A DNA stretch of 62,761 nucleotides, filler included, from Vannella sp. (Eukaryota), in assembly GCA_023345925.1 (NCBI GenBank). It is 8 parts of 8 records of this genome, joined end to end, with 100 filler letters (N's around TTAATTAATTAA, not from the genome) between each part and the next. Parts side by side here need not be neighbours in the genome. Positions count along the whole stretch, not along the records: positions 55,282 to 62,761 come from JAJQQN010000043.1; 7 more parts are not named here. The stretch is one strand, 5' to 3'. Of the stretch, positions 58,814 through 62,761 are shown one piece after another (position 1 is the first letter of the stretch; every line of letters begins with the position of its first letter). Made by a program: the position numbers and the translations under genes. Below the pieces are notes generated by a model. The model was not told where the DNA came from, searched no databases, and worked only from the letters and a program-made list of their open reading frames with translations.

Positions 58814-58997
58814 TCCATAGCGCTGTTTGAAGACCAAAAGCTAACCCTCTTTTGTAGAACCATATCACATGCATTAACACAGTGAGCTACTTGGTCAATC
58901 AGATGACCCTCGCACACGTTGATCGCTTGCACATGCTCGGAGTACCTCCATAAAGCTTGTTCTTGTTACCACTCAGATACTCAATTAGTTTAAACAT

Positions 58998-61311
58998 TTA
59001 TGAAACGAAGCAGACTGCTACGCCATCCCGCAGGCATTCAGGCGCACGTCCCTGTCGCAGTCTCCTTGAAGCTCCTTCACTGTCTCTTCGATCTCCTCAT
59101 GAATGACACAAAAAGAGTCTGTCCAGGTCTGATTAGTGGTCACCCTCTTAGATTGCAGACAAGTGTGTTCCTACCATTGCTCAGAAGCGTTGAAAGAATC
59201 CTCGCAACGATCAAGCGCACATTCGGCACCTTATCCTTGCCCAGAGCCAGTAAGGGCACGTAGAACTTAGTTGTGAACGTCTCCGTATCAACGTGTCCCA
59301 CAAGCTTCTCGCAGATCATGGCAAAGCTGAGCAAACATTCCAATGAACAACCAAATCTCAGAAGAAGGTGGGAAAAGAACGTACGTCTGTCGATCGTAGC
59401 AAGACGGTCGAGAGCCAAAAGGAAGGATGGCCTCCACAAACTGGGTTGCACCTTCTGGGGTTGTGTCGTTGAGATGTTTGAGGAAGATGCCCACCTTGCG
59501 GCCACATCAGCAAAAAGGTGCACGATTTCGTCCCGAGAACGTACCTCAGCTGTGACAGCGTATCGCACTGTAATCACGGGGTCCTCGCAAAGCTGGATAG
59601 TCATGGGAATGATCGCCTCTGAGACGGTTTGGGTCTCGTAAAGGCGAGCCAATCGACCTAGCTGTTTGGCGAGGAGCTTACGGAAGCGCCAGTTTGCGCT
59701 ATTCAGTTGGATATCACGAATAGATTCGATGTACTCAGCCCTTCGCAAGGGCGAAAGAACTTCGAGGAAGGAGGAGAGATGACGGATCACTCCGACTCTC
59801 ACTTGGTCCAGGTCCTTCAAGAAGAGGTTAAAAGTAGAGAGGAGATGCTCTTCTGTCAGTTCGGTTCCAAGGATCTTGGCAACCTCGTGAAGGGAATGAG
59901 ACAATGTTCGTCTCACTTTCCATTGGAGGTCTTGTGTCAACGTCGAGTAGACGCCCTGGAGAGCGCTCCACTTGTCTCTCCCCAATGTCAAAAGCACAGC
60001 AGGGAAACTGAAGGCACAGAAGCGCACGGTGTCGCTATCTCCGTATTGACTTCGAGTTCCCTCGATCATTCCCGTGTAGTAGCCCAGCAACTGCGGAGGA
60101 ACTGCTGGACCATCTATCAGCGTAGATATAAAGTGCCCAAGATACTGATATGAGGAGTTGCGAACCCAACGTGATGACTGGGAGTTGGTCAGTCAAAGAG
60201 CGAAGTGGATGAGTCACCTACATCCTTGATCAGACCTTCGTAGGCAGGGATAAGTTGTGCGGCACGAATAGGGGAAGATATAGCGAGAGAGACAGGTACA
60301 ATCGACTCTGCACATGCCTTGCGAACACCCCAGATCTCATCTGAAGTGAGTTCAAGGAAGACAGGCAACTTCGCACTGTCAGTCCACTACTTTGAGCATA
60401 AAGCAAGTATGTTCCTTACAATACGCGTGTTCACGAGCTCTTGGCTCAGCTTTGCGGAAGCGGTGCCCATGGTGGACGCAATGGCCTTTCTCACCCGAAA
60501 CATGGGGTCCTTAGAGAGACTGGCGATCTTTTCAAGAGCAAAGGTCTCTAAGAGGTCTCCTTTGAAGACATTGACCAACTTGTTGAGAAGCTACACCTCA
60601 CAGTCAGCCACGCATTGAGGGTCCCGCGTCCTCACCTCTGCGGCCTCGATACGGTGGTCCTCCTCTGAGTTGATCTTTGCCATCTTGCTAATGATAGGAA
60701 CAACGTGCGTTCTCTGCTCCCCCTCGGAGAAGTGCGCAACCATCTGAACGAAAGACTCTTTCGCAGAACCTCGCACCTGGGCGCTTTCATTAGCACGATA
60801 GTCTCCAAGATAGAGGGCCACTTACTTGATGGTGGTCATCCACAAGCAGGGCGTTTGCCAAGGGAAGGAGCTTTTCGAGTGTGATGGAAGTGCCCTCCGC
60901 CTTTTCGCTCTAATACTTGTCTGAGAACCGCATTAGAAGATAATAGTGGCCTCACCTCAATGAAGAAGTTAGAGAGGAGTCCAAGTTGCTCTGCGAGAGC
61001 TTGAAGGATGGCTCCTTCGCGGTCTTCTGAGAAGGCTTTCAATGAAGGAAGGAGTTCGCGCTTGCTTGTATCAAAGCCCACATGTTGTGCAATATCTGAG
61101 AGATCCTTGACAACCCTCAACCTAGGGAAGGCATCAGGGCTAGCTCCAAACCCACCCTTGACAAGAGACCGGTCGCTCACCGTTGAAGGAGCAAGTGGGA
61201 GGTTCGATACTTGTGGAAACGCTCCAGAGGAGCAAGACTGTCATCTTCCTGACTCTCTTCACTCATATCCTCTTCCTCGTCATCAACGTAGTAGTCCTGA
61301 CCCCCCGACAT
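58998..61311 (-). CDS. PPP4R1: Protein phosphatase 4 regulatory subunit 1-like HEAT-repeat protein; multi-exon
   Basis: DPMFRVRKA, SDEIWGVRKAC, CAFSFPAVLLTLGRDKW..DLQWKVRRTLSHSLHEVAKILG, NWRFR, DKVPNVR, DCDRDVR. Confidence 0.88.
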
Positions 61312-61482
61312 GTCCAGCTAAGGCAGAGTGAAGGATGGAGCTCCTGAATTTTCCCGCGTCAAGTCATAAATCATCTTCTCCCTCATAGATACCACAACAA
61401 GAGTGAACTATTCGTTCATTAGGAGTTGTTATTCTTCCTCAGGAAGGAGAGTGAAAGAGCCGCCTCGCATCAAAGAGGAAAG

Positions 61483-61896
61483 TTAGGGCTTGGGCACTTT
61501 GCACTCACGGCACTCGGTTCTCCATCCAAAGTTCTTATCTCCACAACCAGTGCATGCCCAGTCGTTGTTCTTGTTGGGAGAAGGAGCGTTGCAACCGCGG
61601 CAGACATCGCGGTACGAGAAGTTCAAATCATTACAGCCAGTACAAACCCAGTCTCCCTTGTGCATAGTAACACGTTTAGCAGGGCTACCAGAGGGGGCAC
61701 CACAATCGCGGCAGGTAGCACGAGATGGGAAATTGGTCACAGAGCACTTGGCACAAGCCCAGTCCGTGGTGAGAGTACCAGAAGCTACCTGTGCTTGCTT
61801 ATCCGCATTGCAGTCTCTGCACGTAGTTCGGGAAGCAAAGTTGTGAGTCCCGCACGTGCATCCCCAATCACCAAAGCGCCAAACACCGCCGCTCAT
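61483..61896 (-). CDS. Protein of four RanBP2-type zinc fingers (RNA-binding ZRANB2-like fingers)
   Basis: DWGCTCGTHNFASRTTCRDC, DWACAKCSVTNFPSRATCRDC, GDWVCTGCNDLNFSYRDVCRGC, DWACTGCGDKNFGWRTECREC. Confidence 0.9.
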   Translation of the reverse strand: MSGGVWRFGDWGCTCGTHNFASRTTCRDCNADKQAQVASGTLTTDWACAKCSVTNFPSRATCRDCGAPSGSPAKRVTMHKGDWVCTGCNDLNFSYRDVCRGCNAPSPNKNNDWACTGCGDKNFGWRTECRECKVPKP

Positions 61897-62037
61897 CGAT
61901 CCAGCAGAGAAAGCGTAACTTCCAACTATTCCCCAAATTCGCCAATAAATTGCTTGGGTCTTCAGAACGATCTGAAAAAAATCAATAAGCAATTTTGGTG
62001 GATCGGGGTTTGCCAATTGGCATTCTTTTGACTCGGG

Positions 62038-62761
62038 ATGGAGCAGACGTCTAATCCGGGTCTTGTGTTGGAGCAATCGTTTGAGGAGGAGCTTCCTGTA
62101 CAACGATCTGCTTTGGATGACATTAAGGCGTTCGAGAATGTCTTGCGCAACCCTCTCTCGTACGAGGAGCGCGGAATTCTCGTCCTTCGGTACCGCGTAC
62201 GTCTTTTTCTTCGCCCCCTTGGCGTGCTCTGAATGTCTCTTAACATGAACCCGTAGGCGTGCTTAGCTTCCGCCTTTGGAACCAAGAATGACCCCATTCG
62301 AACGGAGGGAATCCTGCAGAACTGTGCTGCCGTCTCTCGAATGATCTTCACACGCACCACGGGCCTCCCCTCATTGGTGAATCCGGTGGAGGGCTTGTTT
62401 ATGCTCAATGACAAGGACTTGCGGAAGAAGATTAAGGAAACCAACGAGCAGCTTGTCAGGAACGAGAAGAAGAACCTCCGACGCGACAAGGAGGAGAAGG
62501 AAGAGAAGAAGAAGACTGAGGAGAAGCTCACCGAAAAGGAGCGAAAGAAACTCAAGAAGCAGGAGAAGAAGGACAAGGGAGACAAGAAGGACAAGGGAGA
62601 CAAGAAGGACAAGAAAGGCAAGAAGGACAAGAAGGGCAAAAAGGACAAGAAGGACAAGAAGGGCAAGAAGGACAAGAAGGGCAAGAAGGACAAGAAGGGC
62701 AAGAAGGACAAGGACGACAAGAAGGACAAGGAAGGCAAGAAGGAGAAGAAGGAGAAGGAGA
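62038..62761 (+). CDS. Hypothetical protein with Lys/Asp/Gly (KKDKKG) repeats, 3' truncated; intron 62197-62256
   Basis: MEQTSNPG..LVLRYR|ACLASAFG..KDLRKKIKE, then (AAGAAGGACAAGAAGGGC)-type repeats to the window end. Confidence 0.65.

Overview
This window is not one locus. It is 8 eukaryotic contigs joined by an artificial 100-nt linker (44 N + TTAATTAATTAA + 44 N) at 6973-7072, 21211-21310, 27950-28049, 36573-36672, 42516-42615, 47867-47966 and 55182-55281, so adjacency across linkers means nothing. The DNA comes from a very gene-dense protist genome with short (about 40-70 nt) GT-AG introns and a standard genetic code. The gene content (WASP-type protein, two RasGEFs, RhoGAP, class C GPCR, TKL kinase, divergent actins) suggests an amoeboid protist, probably Amoebozoa (inference). 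About 30 protein genes can be reconstructed by hand, mostly housekeeping: METTL6, YhhN/TMEM86, mitochondrial DnaJ, TBC1D13, PARN, aldehyde oxidase, UBR7, Drp1-type dynamin, class II photolyase, CLYBL, Vps20, UBR1-3-type ligase, POLD2, PP4R1. The most interesting signals are: (1) a 7-exon gene fusing BRCT + SAM-like header domains to a Crinkler/RHS-type NTPase + restriction-endonuclease-fold module; (2) a box C/D snoRNA, absent from the ORF track, whose guide points to the LSU rRNA cytidine of snR73/SNORD35 and which sits in an enlarged intron of an apparently non-coding host transcript; (3) a perfect 24-bp inverted repeat with symmetric splice-site geometry; (4) a membrane-anchored IFI44-like GTPase; (5) a PARN ending in a CaaX box; (6) an ExoIII/APE-fold pseudonuclease; (7) an expanded RCC1 family with a conserved KKSAR tail; (8) a two-gene tandem duplication with apparent reciprocal pseudogenisation. 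All gene models and family calls come from reading motifs and splice sites by eye; no searches were run.
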